Assembly (NCBI RefSeq): GCF_044704955.1
Contig: NC_091997.1
Span: forward strand, 64,976,001-65,040,000
Direction of reading: 5' to 3'
Length of the DNA: 64,000 nucleotides
Source of the DNA: Pristiophorus japonicus
Taxonomy: Eukaryota
Part shown: positions 1 through 11,450 of the stretch, piece after piece
Numbering within the stretch: position 1 is the stretch's first letter
How the letters are laid out: each line of letters begins with the position of its first letter
Notes under the pieces: model-generated
What the model was told of the DNA's origin: nothing
Seen by the model: only the letters and a program-made list of their open reading frames with translations
Databases searched by the model: none
Position numbers and translations under genes: made by a program

Positions 1-140
1 TCACTCCGACCTCGCCGCTCCTGCTGTACCTGCCCGCGCTCCAATCAGTGACCTGGACCTTGGTGACGTCCAATCCAGTCACCCTCTTCGCTGCCGTCGC
101 CCTCCTGCACCAGCTCGCGCTGTACCTTGCAGTGACATGC
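1..140 (-). mobile_element. Partial non-autonomous RTE-derived element (continues left of the window)
   Basis: Near-identical to ~23935-24050 (CTCGCCGCTCCTGCTGTACCTGCCC...GACCTGGACCTTGGTGAC) inside the TSD-flanked element 23587-24106. Confidence 0.7.
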
Positions 141-153
141 CGTTCGTTGCTGT

Positions 154-342
154 CATATAAAGTATGGCACGAGCCACTTTCAGCCTTTTCTCCCTGGCAG
201 TTACTTCTAGGCCATCCAGCAATCTCATGGCATGGGCCTGGTGCACCGAGAAAGCCACTTCCGTCCATTTCTTGTCTTTCACATGAGTCTTGAATTCTTC
301 CTCAAAGTATTTCCTGTTCAGGTGAAGCTCAGGACCCTCTGT
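154..342 (-). pseudogene. STRIP1: Processed fragment of striatin-interacting protein STRIP1/STRIP2 (FAM40), N-terminal N1221 region
   Basis: 63 codons TEGPELHLNRKYFEEEFKTHVKDKKWTE...HAMRLLDGLEVTAREKRLKVARAILYM match vertebrate STRIP1 as I recall it (TEGPEFLMNRKCFEEDFRIHVTDKKWTE...HAMRLLDGLEVTAREKRLKVARAILYV). No splice donor follows; it runs into a repeat. STRIP1 vs STRIP2 not resolved. Confidence 0.85.
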
Positions 343-964
343 GGACCCTCCTGAACAGTAGGGGCAGTGGGGAGACCTGTGAAGGCACTGATGATTGGCA
401 CACACCTATAAAATCCACAGTGACAAAGGGTAGAAGATCTAAATATATAACAAGGTATGCAACAAAGTGCACATTGGGAAGAAAGAAGGTTTAAACCCTA
501 TCTATAAATGCAAAAGGTCCTCGCTAATACTCCTGTGCCAGCAGCATAAGTTGGGCCCTAGTAGTATGTTTAAAGTAGTATGTTTAAATTAACAATTAAA
601 TATTCATCTAGTAGAACTGAATCCTAGATTGTGCTGCCAAATAAAATATATATATGTTTTATGAAGTTAAAGCAACAAATCTATTTTGGCATTAAGTTTA
701 GTGTTGATGTAGGGATGGGAATGAAATGCTCCCGTGTGGGTTTACTGCATCCAAATGTGCTGATTTACGTTGGGCTGCACAGTTTCAAGGACACGGGGGG
801 CCTTTGTTACTTGAACTCCAAGGGGCCGTTCTTCATCCTGGAGCCTAGACAGTGAGATCGGAATCTTACCGGCCCTGGAGCACGAGTTTAGAGGCGGGCC
901 CCGCTGTCAAAATGGCCGTGACTGACCTCGGGGCGGAAGTCTGCTTTGAACCCGCCTCCAGAAC

Positions 965-1035
965 GTAATCGACCTGAAACGTTAACTCTGTTTCTCTCTC
1001 CACAGATGCTGCCCGACCTGCTGAGTGTTTCCAGC
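965..1035 (+). mobile_element. Penelope-like terminal-repeat fragment
   Basis: GACCTGAAACGTTAACTCTGTTTCTCTCTCCACAGATGCTGCC, shared with 41555-41600 and ~18690. Confidence 0.6.
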
Positions 1036-1465
1036 AAGTACTTTTTGAAGTGTAGTCACTGTTAGAATGTAGGAAACGCAGCAGCCAATTTGCACACAGC
1101 AAGCTCCTGCAAACAGCAATGTGACAATGACCAGATAATCTGTTTTAGTGATGTTGGTTGAGGGACAAATATTGGCCCCAGGACACCGGGGAGAACTCCC
1201 CTGCTCTTGTTCAAAATAGTGCCACGGAATATTTTACATCCACCTGAGAGAGCAGACGGGGCCTCGGTTTAACGTCTCATCCGAAAGACGGTCCCTCCGA
1301 CAGTGCTTCACTCCCCAAGTACTGCCCCTCTGACAGTGCAGCATTCCCTCAGCACTGCATTGGGAGTGCCAGCCTGGATTTTGTGCTCAAGTCTCTGGAG
1401 TGGAACTTGAACCCACGACCTTCTGACTCAGAGGCAAGTGTGTTACCCACTGAGCCACAGCTGAG
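1036..1465 (-). mobile_element. tRNA-head Deu-domain SINE (SacSINE1/AmnSINE1-related), two internal 33-bp units
   Basis: Minus strand has A-box TGGCTCAGTGG, B-box GGTTCAAGTTCC and Deu core GTCTTTCGGATGAGACGTTAAACCGAGG. Confidence 0.85.
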
Positions 1466-1722
1466 ACCAATGCAAACACTTTCCAGTTGTGGGTCCCTGG
1501 GTAATGATCAGGAACTTGAACTCTGAAGGTATTTTTCCATTCTCTTTAATTTTTCCGCGAATTCAGCACAGACCAGGAACTGGAACCTAAGACGTTCCTG
1601 CTCTGTATGGTGCAGTACTACACCAGATCAATTGAGTCATCAGGAATGTTATTTGTTTTCGCTCTTCCATCTCAGCCTTACTTTGAGTATTGGGCCAAAT
1701 TGGCAAATCAACCCAATCTGAC

Positions 1723-2400
1723 CAACAACAACTTACATTTATATAGCATATTTAACGTAGCAAAACTCCCAAGGCCCTCAACAAGAGCATTTTTGACACC
1801 GAGCTACTAATGGAGATAGCAGGATACATAACCAGAAGCTTGGTCAAAGAGTTAGGTTTTAAGGAGCATCTTAAAGGAGGAGAGAGAGGTAGAGAGGCGG
1901 AGAGGTTTAGGGAGGGAGTTCCAAAGCTTGGGGCCCAGGCAGCTGAAGGCACGGCCACCGATGGTGGGGCGATGAAAATAGGGGGTGTGCAAGAGGCCAG
2001 AATTGGAGGAGTGTGGAGATCTCAGAGGCTTATTGGGCTGGAGGAGGTTACAGAGATAGGGAGGGGGCGAGGAGGCCATGGAGGATTTGAAAACAAGGAT
2101 GATGATTTTAAATCATCATCATATAGGCAGTCCCTTGGAATCGAGGAAGACTTGCTTCCACTCTTAAAATGAGTCCTTAGGCGGCTGAACAGTCCAATAC
2201 AAGAGCCACAGTCCCTGTCACAGGTGGGACAGATAGTCGTTGAGGGTAAGGGAGGGTGGGACTGGTTTGCCGCACGCTCTTTCCGATACGTTGTCAGATT
2301 GGGAGCCAGTGTAGGTCAGCGAGCACAGGGATGATGAGAAAACGAGACTTGGAGCGAATTAAGATACGAGCAGCAGTTTCTTGGATGAACACAAGTTTAT
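1723..2400 (-). mobile_element. L2-clade LINE 3' fragment, interrupted by an RTE 3' end
   Basis: ORF 1852..2079 ends ...TIGGRAFSCLGPKLWNSLPKPLRLSTSLSSFKMLLKT; (TTG)n tail at 1723. Confidence 0.8.
2113..2285 (-). mobile_element. RTE-clade LINE 3' end
   Basis: Minus-strand translation ...TICPTCDRDCGSCIGLFSRLRTHF (C-terminal zinc-finger-like), then GGAAGCAAGTCTTCCTCGA and (ATG)n tail. Confidence 0.75.
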
Positions 2401-2769
2401 GTAAAGACCAGGCTTGCCTTTAAATTAAATTGTGTCTGAAAAGTCCCCATCTGTGGCAGAAGGTGATGCAGAGACTTGCATTACGATGATGTGGCGTAGG
2501 GTCATACAACGTGGTTTCACTGCCTTGGCTAACCACCCCCAGAAAGACAAGTGTGACTGGAAGACTAGCCACTCCACATCCCTCTCACACAGTCAGACTA
2601 ATGCTAAAGGGCTCTGCAGAAGGAGGCCTGCCTACACGTTTATGCGGTCTGGTGCAATAGAAGATCTCGGGAGAGTAGGCAAAAATAATCTACATTGGAG
2701 AATGGGAAGGAAAAATACAAAACAGTTTCATAGGTCACAAGGGTCCCAGGTTCTATGCAGGTTAAATAC

Positions 2770-3365
2770 ACAAATGATTAAAAGCTCGTGCACAGGTACA
2801 CAAAGTGATTATATGGGCAAATGGAATGTTGGCCTTTGTCTCAAGGGGACTAGAGTACAGAGGGCAGGGAAGATGGTGCTTCAGTTGTACAGAGCGCTGG
2901 TCAGACCCCATCTGGATACTGTGTTCTGTCCTGGGCCCCCCACCTCCGGAAGGATATATTGGAGGGGTCACCACGGTGATACCGTGCTCGGAGGGTTAGA
3001 TTACGAGGACAGGCTGCATAAACGCGGCTTGTATCCCCCGAGTTTAGAAGATTGAGGGGTGATCTGATCAAGGTGTTTAAAATGTTAAAAGGATTCGATC
3101 GGGTAGAGAGAGAGGGAAACTATTTCCTCTGGTGGGGAAATCAAGAACGAGGGACACTACTCTTAAAATTTAAACTAGGACGTTCATACAAAGGCCAGTA
3201 GCAAGCTGGAACTCTCTCCCCAAAAGGCAGTGGATGTTGAGGCACATTTGGAGCTTTCAAGACTGAGATTGATCATTTTTTGTTCTGTAAGGGTATCAAG
3301 GGTTATGGGGCAAAGGCAGATAAATGGCGTTAAGGTACAGATCAGCCTCCTCCTGTCCCTATGTC
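2770..3365 (+). mobile_element. CR1 LINE 3' fragment
   Basis: ANGMLAFVSRGLEY / LQLYRALVRPHL motifs, frameshifted. Confidence 0.85.
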
Positions 3366-3629
3366 CCTATCCCCAGTCTATGTTATGCTAGCAGGTCTCG
3401 GCCAGAGTGGGACCAGGTCTCGGTACCTCAGGGTTAGGGAGGAGAAGGAAAACAGGGTGGTGCTCCTAATTGTTATTCAGTGACCCATCTATTGGAAAGT
3501 GTCTATGTGCTGCATGATGACTGGATCAGGCTTGTCTGTGAATTGGTCATTTGAGTGAGGTGGCAGAGGATGACAGTGGTCATTGAGCCATACCCTAGTC
3601 TACCGTGGGCCGCCCTGACCTGTGTGAGG

Positions 3630-4012
3630 AAACCACCGCAGGTCGGGGCTATAAATAGAGTTGGAGCGCCGGGCCCTGGAACATCATGGGCGAAGGTGTG
3701 GCAAATGAGGGTACGGGGCCCAGAAGAGCCGAGGGCCCAGGGGCAGCACGGGCCCAGCCCACACTGCAATATGTGTGTGCACTAGGTCCGTGCAGCAGAG
3801 CAGGTCTCCAGTCGTCCTGGTTAATCCTTGCCACTGGATAAAGGCCGAGCTCTGTCAAACCCGTGTGGTGGCTAATATTCAACGGTGACCACACATTAAA
3901 AAAATCCACGCACAGGCATCTTCCACCCTTCAACTGTAGTTCAGGACTGGAACATCGGGTCCTTCATTGAAACATCTGAATTCTCGTGGAAGCAAGTCAT
4001 CCTCGTTCGACG
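3630..4012 (+). mobile_element. Non-autonomous bipartite RTE-derived element
   Basis: Reverse-complement homolog of ~23590-23890; ends in RTE tail GTGGAAGCAAGTCATCCTCG. Confidence 0.7.
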
Positions 4013-4749
4013 ATGTATGAGTCTAGCGCACATCAAAGACTTCTGGAGACAAAAGGAGACAAATGGAAAATAAAATAGTCTTTACTTCTCTTAGAACCTC
4101 AACCACTCGTTGTGGTAGCGAGTTCCACATTCTCATCACTCTCTGGCTAATATCCCTAGGCACTTTACACGAGTGTTATTAAATAGAATTTGACACCAAG
4201 CTACATGAGGATATATTGGGACAGGTGACGGAAGGTTTTAAGGAGCGTCTTGAAGGAGAGAGAGGTGCAGAGATGACTCAGTTTGGATCTGGGCTCGAGT
4301 CTAATGGCACTGTGATTAGCTCAGGTCAGTCTGACCTGGCCAGGTGACTAATTCCTCATTTTGTTTGTCTCTGTCTTGTCTTTTTTTCCTTTGTTCAATT
4401 GGTTCCAGCATCAAACTAGATTGCTGAGCACAGAGAGCGTTACAGTACAGCTAAATTGTTTAGAGATGTAATTTAGTGCGATTGATGAGCCAGTCAGTCT
4501 GGAAACCTGCCGAGCACTTGCATTGCCAAACATGCATTTTCAAGAAACCAAATAATGTAAGATTACTTCACTCTCACTGGCTTTGAAGCAATCTCCTCTC
4601 GCAAACAATTTCTCCTCTGACCCACTTTGGGGATGAAATAAAAAGCATTTGAAAGACAGAAGTAAACTGCCGAGATTCTTCCTTGTTCCGAGAAGATTGG
4701 AGTGCTTCTGTGTGGAATTCCTTTCCCTAATCCTCTCCTCTTCTCCAGT

Positions 4750-5030
4750 TCTTTCCCACTCCCCCGCCCTTTCCCCATAGTCCTGCAAATCTTTTTCCTT
4801 CAGATACTTATCCAACTCCCTTGTGAAAGCCACGATTGAGTCTGCCTCCACCACCCTCTCAGGCAGCGCATTCCAGATCCTAACCACTCGCTGCGTAAAA
4901 ACGTTTTTCCTCATGTCGCCTTTGGTTCTTTTGCCAATCGCCTTAAATCTGTGTCGTCTGGTTCCCGACCCTTCCACCAATGGGAACATTTTCTCTCGAT
5001 CTACTTTGTCCAGACCCCTCATGATTTTTA
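4750..5030 (-). mobile_element. CR1 LINE 3' fragment
   Basis: KIMRGLDKVDREKMFPL...MRKNVFTQRVVRIWNALPERVVEADS. Confidence 0.85.
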
Positions 5031-5932
5031 AGTTGCAGAAACTTTGCGGGAAGTTCGACAGTTCATAGTGGAAAAAAATGCGGCCTACAGAGTAAAATAT
5101 CCGGTGACCCACTGCTCCCATGTCGTTACTGTGTTCATTGATGTGAGAATTTCAGAGTGTTCCACATTTTATAGAATCATACAGCACAGGAGGCCATTTG
5201 GCTGACTCTCTGAACGAACTATCCAATACGTCGCCACCTTCCACACCCCCCCCCCACCTCCGCTCTGTCGCCATCCTTCATTGAATAGCGAGATACAAAC
5301 TTCTCGCAAAGTTTCTGCAGCTTAAACCTTGAGTTAAAATAACAGAAAGATGTCAGGATGTTATAACATAGGGTGGGGTGTCAGAACCCAACTTATTTAC
5401 CACACGTTAGACAGTCATGTGGCAGTAAGTAGACAGGCCATGTAACACTGCTGCAATTTGTAGCAGTTGCCATTAGAATTTACTGTCACCAATAAGGTAG
5501 CTTTCCCAATCAAAATTAGTTAGAATCAATCAAAGCTGTCTACTTAATGAAGTAAGATGTGATTTGTAGAATGGGCTTACTCGTGTTATCTCCAGGCAAA
5601 CATGCAATTCAGATCGAACAGCAGAATCCTGTGTAATAATTCCCTTCCCATATATTCCCAGGGTACCCAGTGAGGGCACGGCAACTGGCCTCAATATTCC
5701 TGGGATAATCAAGGAAAAGTATTGTCGGAGTTTCCGATCACTATCCGGAGACCCCCACAGATTTTCCTCTGAGGCTGATCTTTGCCTGTTACTGGCCCAC
5801 ATCACCCTCCTGGTGTCACTTCCACCAGACGCCGGAAGCCCCTGCCCAGAGAGGGATGAGCGTACAGAACGATACGGATAGTGCCATAAGGATAGTGTGA
5901 TAAGAGTGTTGCAATGCAGCACGTTTAGAAAG

Positions 5933-6300
5933 AAAGAAGAAAAACTTGAATTTATATAGCACCTTTCACAACCACCGGACATCTCAAAGCGCTTTACAGC
6001 CAATGAAGTACTTTTTGGAGTGTAGTCACTGTTGTAATGTGGGAAACGCGGTAGCCAATTTACGCACAGCAAGCTCCCACACACAGCGATGTGACAATGA
6101 CCCAGATAATCTGTTTTAATGATGTTGATTGAAGTAGTCGAGTGGGATCTTTTATATCCACGTGAGAGGCAGACGGAGCCTCGGTTTAATGTTTCATCCA
6201 AAAGACGGCACCTCCGACAGTGCAGCACACCCTCAGCACTGCACTGGATGTTGTGCTCAAGTCTCTGGAGTGTGACTTGAACCCACAACCTTCTGACTTT
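5933..6300 (-). mobile_element. Deu-domain SINE, internally deleted
   Basis: Same head, core and tail as 1036-1465; (TTTC)n tail. Confidence 0.8.
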
Positions 6301-6724
6301 ACTGCATAGCAATGCAGGAATAAGCAACACTTGCATAGAACAGCTGTCTGGTGTTGCCAAGGCAAGCAGAGGCTTTAAAAAAAATGAAAATGCCTACAGC
6401 AGAGAGTGTAATTGATTGCAAGATGATTGCCCTATCACCACTTCAGGTGGGATCTATCAGAGGCCAGAGACTTTCTCAGCTCCGATAAGCTGCTGCAGCA
6501 GGAATTTTCCACTCTCTTCTTCCGCTGATGGAACTCCAACAAAAAGATCTAATGACGCAGAAAAATCCCCCGTGTCAATGCACACGATTCAGGCAAGTGG
6601 CAGTCCCACCCCATTGCATGGTCGTCACGGAGGTGGGGAACAGGAGCGGCTTTACACGCCAGGTCCCAATAGTTACAACCTCGGACCAAGGACCCAACCT
6701 CTTCCCATTCACGCCCATGTATAT

Positions 6725-7190
6725 AAGGGATTGGTAGTGTCGTGGTTATGTTTCTGGTCTAGTAATGCAGAGGCCTGGACTAATGAGCTATGCGCATGAA
6801 TTCAGATCCCACTTGGAGAATTTGAATTCAATTAAATATATCGGAATTTTTTTTTAAAAACCAATATTAGTAATGGTGACCATAAAACTACCAGATTGTT
6901 GTAAAAACCCCTCTGGTTCATGACAACAACAACAACTTGTATTTCTATCGTGCCTTTACCATAGTGAAACATCCCAAGGCGCTTCACAGGAGTATAATGA
7001 AGGAAATCTTATGGCAGGAAAGCTGTGGTCCTTACCCGGTCTAGCCTATTGTGACTTCAGACCAATAGCAATGTGATTGATTTTTAACTGCCCACAAGCC
7101 AATCAGTTGTTCAAGGGCAATTAGGGATGGGCAATAAATGCTTCTCTTTCCAACGACGCCTATATCCCAGGAACAAATTTAAAAAATACA
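6725..7190 (+). mobile_element. Second tRNA-like SINE with a LINE-derived tail, degraded, with a short L2-tail insert
   Basis: Degenerate A/B boxes; tail AAGGGCAATTAGGGATGGGCAATAAATG is shared with LINE ends at 7690, 33500 and 53865. Confidence 0.55.
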
Positions 7191-7689
7191 ATCCCAAAGG
7201 GCCAAAAACCCCTTCCCATCTACTCATAATATCAAGCATTCACTTCAATTGTATAATTATTTATCAGACATCAATGTAGGATCCTAAACCAACTAGAAAA
7301 TCTTCAATAATAATATGCTGCTTTCCATTGCTCAGCAGACCAAATATTATTAGTGCAGTGCATATTAACAAACTATTCACAAACTAATTACTTCCTGTTA
7401 GGATCATGTTTTGCAACCTAAAGTGCTTTCATCTCGATTCAGCAGCAGATTGAGTGATTACATGGACATGGTGCAAATATTACTAATTGATTTATTGAAA
7501 TTTGTGGATTTTCCGATAGTGTGATCTAAGCATAAAATCTCTCAGTGTCTTCTTCACACTCTGAGCGGGCCCGTCTTTTAATGAAATGGATTTGACCGTG
7601 CAAGTAATTCGGAACTATAAACGGTTATCCTATATAACAAGGCTGACTGGATCAGCAAGGGTTTCTTAGGATCTCTGGTGTGTGCATGT

Positions 7690-8115
7690 TTTAAAATTCA
7701 TCCTAGGATAAGGGCATCACTACCAAGGCCGGCATTTATTGCCCATCCCTAATTGCCCCTTGAGAAGGTATTCTTGAACCGCTGCAGTCCGTGTGGTGAA
7801 GGTGCTCCCACAGTGCTGTTAGGGAGGGAGTTCCAGGATTGTGACCCAGCGACGATGAAGGAAACGGTGATGTATGTCTAAGTCAGGATGGTGTGTGACT
7901 GGGAGGGGAACGTGGAGGTGGTGGTGTTCCCATGTGCCTGCTGCCCTTGGCCTTCTAGGTGGTAGAAGTCATGGATTTAAGCCTGTAGATATTACACACG
8001 GTGCGCCGGTGGTGGAGGGAGTGAATTTTGAAGGTGGTGGATGGGCTGCCAATCAAGCGGGCTGCTTTGTCTTCGATGATGTCAAGCTTCTTGAGGGTTG
8101 TTGCAGCTGCACCCA
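7690..8115 (-). mobile_element. CR1/L2-group LINE 3' fragment
   Basis: GGCATTTATTGCCCATCCCTAATTGCCC end; minus strand encodes SFIVAGSQSWNSLPNSTVG. Confidence 0.7.
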
Positions 8116-8466
8116 CCTGGCGACTGATGAACCCAACGTGGAAGCCACAGGTTCTCCTAGACTGGTCACCGCGTAAGGCAATCTGGTTGCAGTTAGTTGG
8201 TTGTTACAGCCACTCTGGCTTTGTTGTTTACACAATTCATGTTCAACTCATCCAACCATTTGTACTGAGAGAGATCCCATCAGCGTGCCATCATCAGTTA
8301 TCAGTGCGATGGGCTGACAGTCACCAGTGGGGATGTTACGTGCCTTGAGGTTGTGTCTCAAGTTGCCTCTGTGCCACTTCTGACAATCTTTCCCTCTCGC
8401 TCCACCCCTTACTCTCCACTTCCCACTCATCTCTCGAACTCACCTACCCAACATTGCTTCCCATTC

Positions 8467-8690
8467 TGGCCAATATTTATCCCTCAGTCCACATAACAGA
8501 AACAAATGATCTAGTCATTATCACATTGCTGTTTTTTTGGGAGCTTGCTGTGCGCAAATTAGCTGCCGCGTTTCAGACATTACAACAGTGACTGCACTCC
8601 AAAGGTACTTCATTGGCTGTAAAGCGTTTTGAGACGTCTGGTGGCAGTGAAAGGCGCTATATAAATGCAAGTCTTTCTTTCTTTCTTTTT
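8467..8690 (+). mobile_element. Deu-domain SINE 3' part
   Basis: GGCCAATATTTATCCCTCA...AAAGGCGCTATATAAATGCAAGTCTTTCTTT. Confidence 0.8.
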
Positions 8691-9276
8691 CTCACTCACC
8701 CATTTCTTCTCCCTCCCCTCCTGCTCATTCGTTTCCCAATGCCCATTGTCCTGCGCTTTTTTGGGTGATGTATGCATGGCATCAGGTTAATCAAGCAGCA
8801 GCTTTTGTGGCAAAGCCAGAAGTCACAGCAATGCCATGTGTAAGAAATGGAAACACTTACTCAATTGAATTGCCTTGTGTAAACAGTATATCATACGGGA
8901 GCCTGATGAGATGCCTGAGAATGTGTAATGTCAAGGCTGTGCACAGCATGCTGTTGTTGGATGGTTGGTAGCACAGCGTACGTTTGGTTCTACAACCAAG
9001 AAAAAAATAACCTGCTTCGCCTGCATTTTAAATAAACTGCATTTGCTTTATCTGCTTTCCAACTGGACTTGATAAAGTGAGGGGCGGCGACTGTGGTGAA
9101 TGCAAGTGCAGCACGCATAACAACTAAAATAAATTAAATAGTAAGTCCAAACTTGGATAAAGTGTTGAGGAGTCTCGGAGCACAAATATAACAAGACTAG
9201 GAACCAGTGGCCACCAACACAGACTGGACTAAAGTGTCCGGGTCATCATTCCCAGAGGTACAGGCATCGGCCAGTA

Positions 9277-9982
9277 AAGAAAGACTTGCATTTATATAGC
9301 GCCTTTCACGACCACCGTATGTCACTAAATGCTTTACAGCCAATACGGTACTTTTTGAAGTGTGGTCACTGTTGTAATTTTGGAAATGCCACAACTAATT
9401 TGCACACAGCAAGCTCCCACAAACAGCAATGTGATAATGACCAGATAGTGTGTTTTAGTGATGTTGATTGAGGGATAAATATTGGCCCCAGGACACCGGG
9501 GAGAACTCCCCTGCTCTTTTAAGAAATAGTGCATGGGATCTTTTACATCCACCTGAGAGGGGCCTCGGTTTAACGTCTCATCTGAAAGATGGCACCTCCG
9601 ACAGTGCGGTGCTCCCTCAGCACTGCCCCTCCGACAGTGCGGCGCTCCCTCAGTACTGCCCCTCCGACAGTGTGGCGCTCCCTCAATACTGCCCCTCCGA
9701 CAGTGCGGTGCTCCCTCAGTACTGCCCCTCCGACAGTGCGGCACTCCCTCAGTACTGCCCCTCCGACAGTGTGGCGCTCCCTCAATACTGCCCCTCCGAC
9801 AGTGCGGCACTCCCTCAGTACTGCCCCTCCGACAGTGTGGCGCTCCCTCAATACTGCCCCTCCGACAGTGCGGTGCTCCCTCAGTACCGCACTGGGAGCG
9901 TCAGCCTAGATTTATTTGTTGCTCAAGTCCCTGGAGTCTAACCCAGAGGCGAGAGTGCTGCCCCCTGAGCCACGGCTGACAC
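9277..9982 (-). mobile_element. Deu-domain SINE with 9 tandem 33-bp internal units
   Basis: SINE head and tail plus (CCGACAGTGCGGCGCTCCCTCAGTACTGCCCCT)-type repeats at ~9595-9890. Confidence 0.9.
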
Positions 9983-10669
9983 ACAGAGTAGACACATGAC
10001 AGTAGAGTAAGGAACATCAACGATGAGGTCTTCAGAGCCACAGGAAGGAAGAATGGAAGGAGCAGCTGAAGTGGAGACCCAACATCTACCGAGACTGGGG
10101 GGGGGAAAAACAGCCAGAAAATAAAACCAAAGGGTGGGCCGTGCGCTGGGGTGAGAAAGCACGAGCCTGCGAAGGAGATGGAAAACCAGTGTTTGCGTGA
10201 GGGGAGACAGAAAAGTGTAGAATGCGGGAAAAGGAATGAAAAACGACGTGTGGGGAGAAGTCTCCTTTAGATTTATGCAGGAACAGTATGGGCCGGATCC
10301 TAATGTGTTGCAAAATACCACGTGGTAAAGATTCACTTTTTAAATCAGACACCAATTTGACTGAATTACACTATATTTGTAAATTTATTTTAAGCAGTTT
10401 CTGATTGCCTTAGTACTAACTTCCTTTTTAATGGCCATTCTGGGTTTAAAAAGTCTGCATAATATTCCAGTTAATTTTATGTAGAGTGCTTGCAATTGAA
10501 GCGTGCACATGTTGCTTAATATTACTGAAAAGACCTTTACCATTGAGCACATAAAGCTACTGCAATCAGCCTAGGGGACAGGCCAACAGAGGAGAAGTGG
10601 GAGTTGCTCAAAGTCTCCAGACTGAAATATCTACGGCGCTGATAATTCAACAAACAACTAGGAGGGACG

Positions 10670-11450
10670 GGAGCCTTTCGGGGAGGAAATCTGTCGCCCT
10701 CACCCGGTCTGACCTATACGTGACTCCAGACCCACAGCAATGTGTTTGTCTCTTAACTGCCCCTGAAATGGCCCAGCGAGACACTCCGTTGTACCAAATG
10801 CTGCAAAGCAGGATACTAATAAAACCGGAAGGACCACTCAGCATCACTGTGGGTATACCACCCATGGATGGCGGCACCACCTTCTCAAGGGCAAGTGGGG
10901 ATTAGCCTTGCCAGCGACGCCCACATTCCATGAACAAATAAAAAACCTTGCATTTATATAGCGACTTTAATGTGGTATAATTTCCCAAGGCACTTCATTG
11001 GAGCAAAATTTCAGACCGAATTTGACACCAAACCACATAAGGAGATAACAGGACAGGTGACCATAAACTTGGTTAAAGAGCTAGGTTTTAAGGAGCATCT
11101 TAAAGGAGAAGAGAGAGGTATGGAGGCAGAGAGGGAACGCTGCACTGTTGGAGGTGGCATCTTTGGGATGAGACATTAAGCCGAGGCCCTGTCTGCTCTC
11201 TCAGGGTGATGTAAAAGATCCTGCGGAACTATTCCGAATAAGAGCAGGGGGGTTTTCCCCAGTGATCCTGGGCCAATATTTATCCCTCAATTATCTGGTC
11301 GTTATCACATCGCTGCTTGTGGGAGCTTGCTGTGCGTAAATTGGCTGTCGCGTTTCCTACATTGCAACAATAACTATGCTTCAAAAAGTACTCTATTGGC
11401 TGTAAAGCACTTTGAGACATCCGGAGGTCATGAAAGATGCTATAGAAGTG
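10670..11450. mobile_element. Cluster of fragments: SINE 3' part (+), L2 3' end (-), Deu-SINE 3' part (+)
   Basis: Matches to the families at 6725, 1723 and 1036. Confidence 0.65.

Noticed and set aside
1400-1465. tRNA gene
   Set aside because: The A/B boxes belong to the SINE head; no complete cloverleaf.
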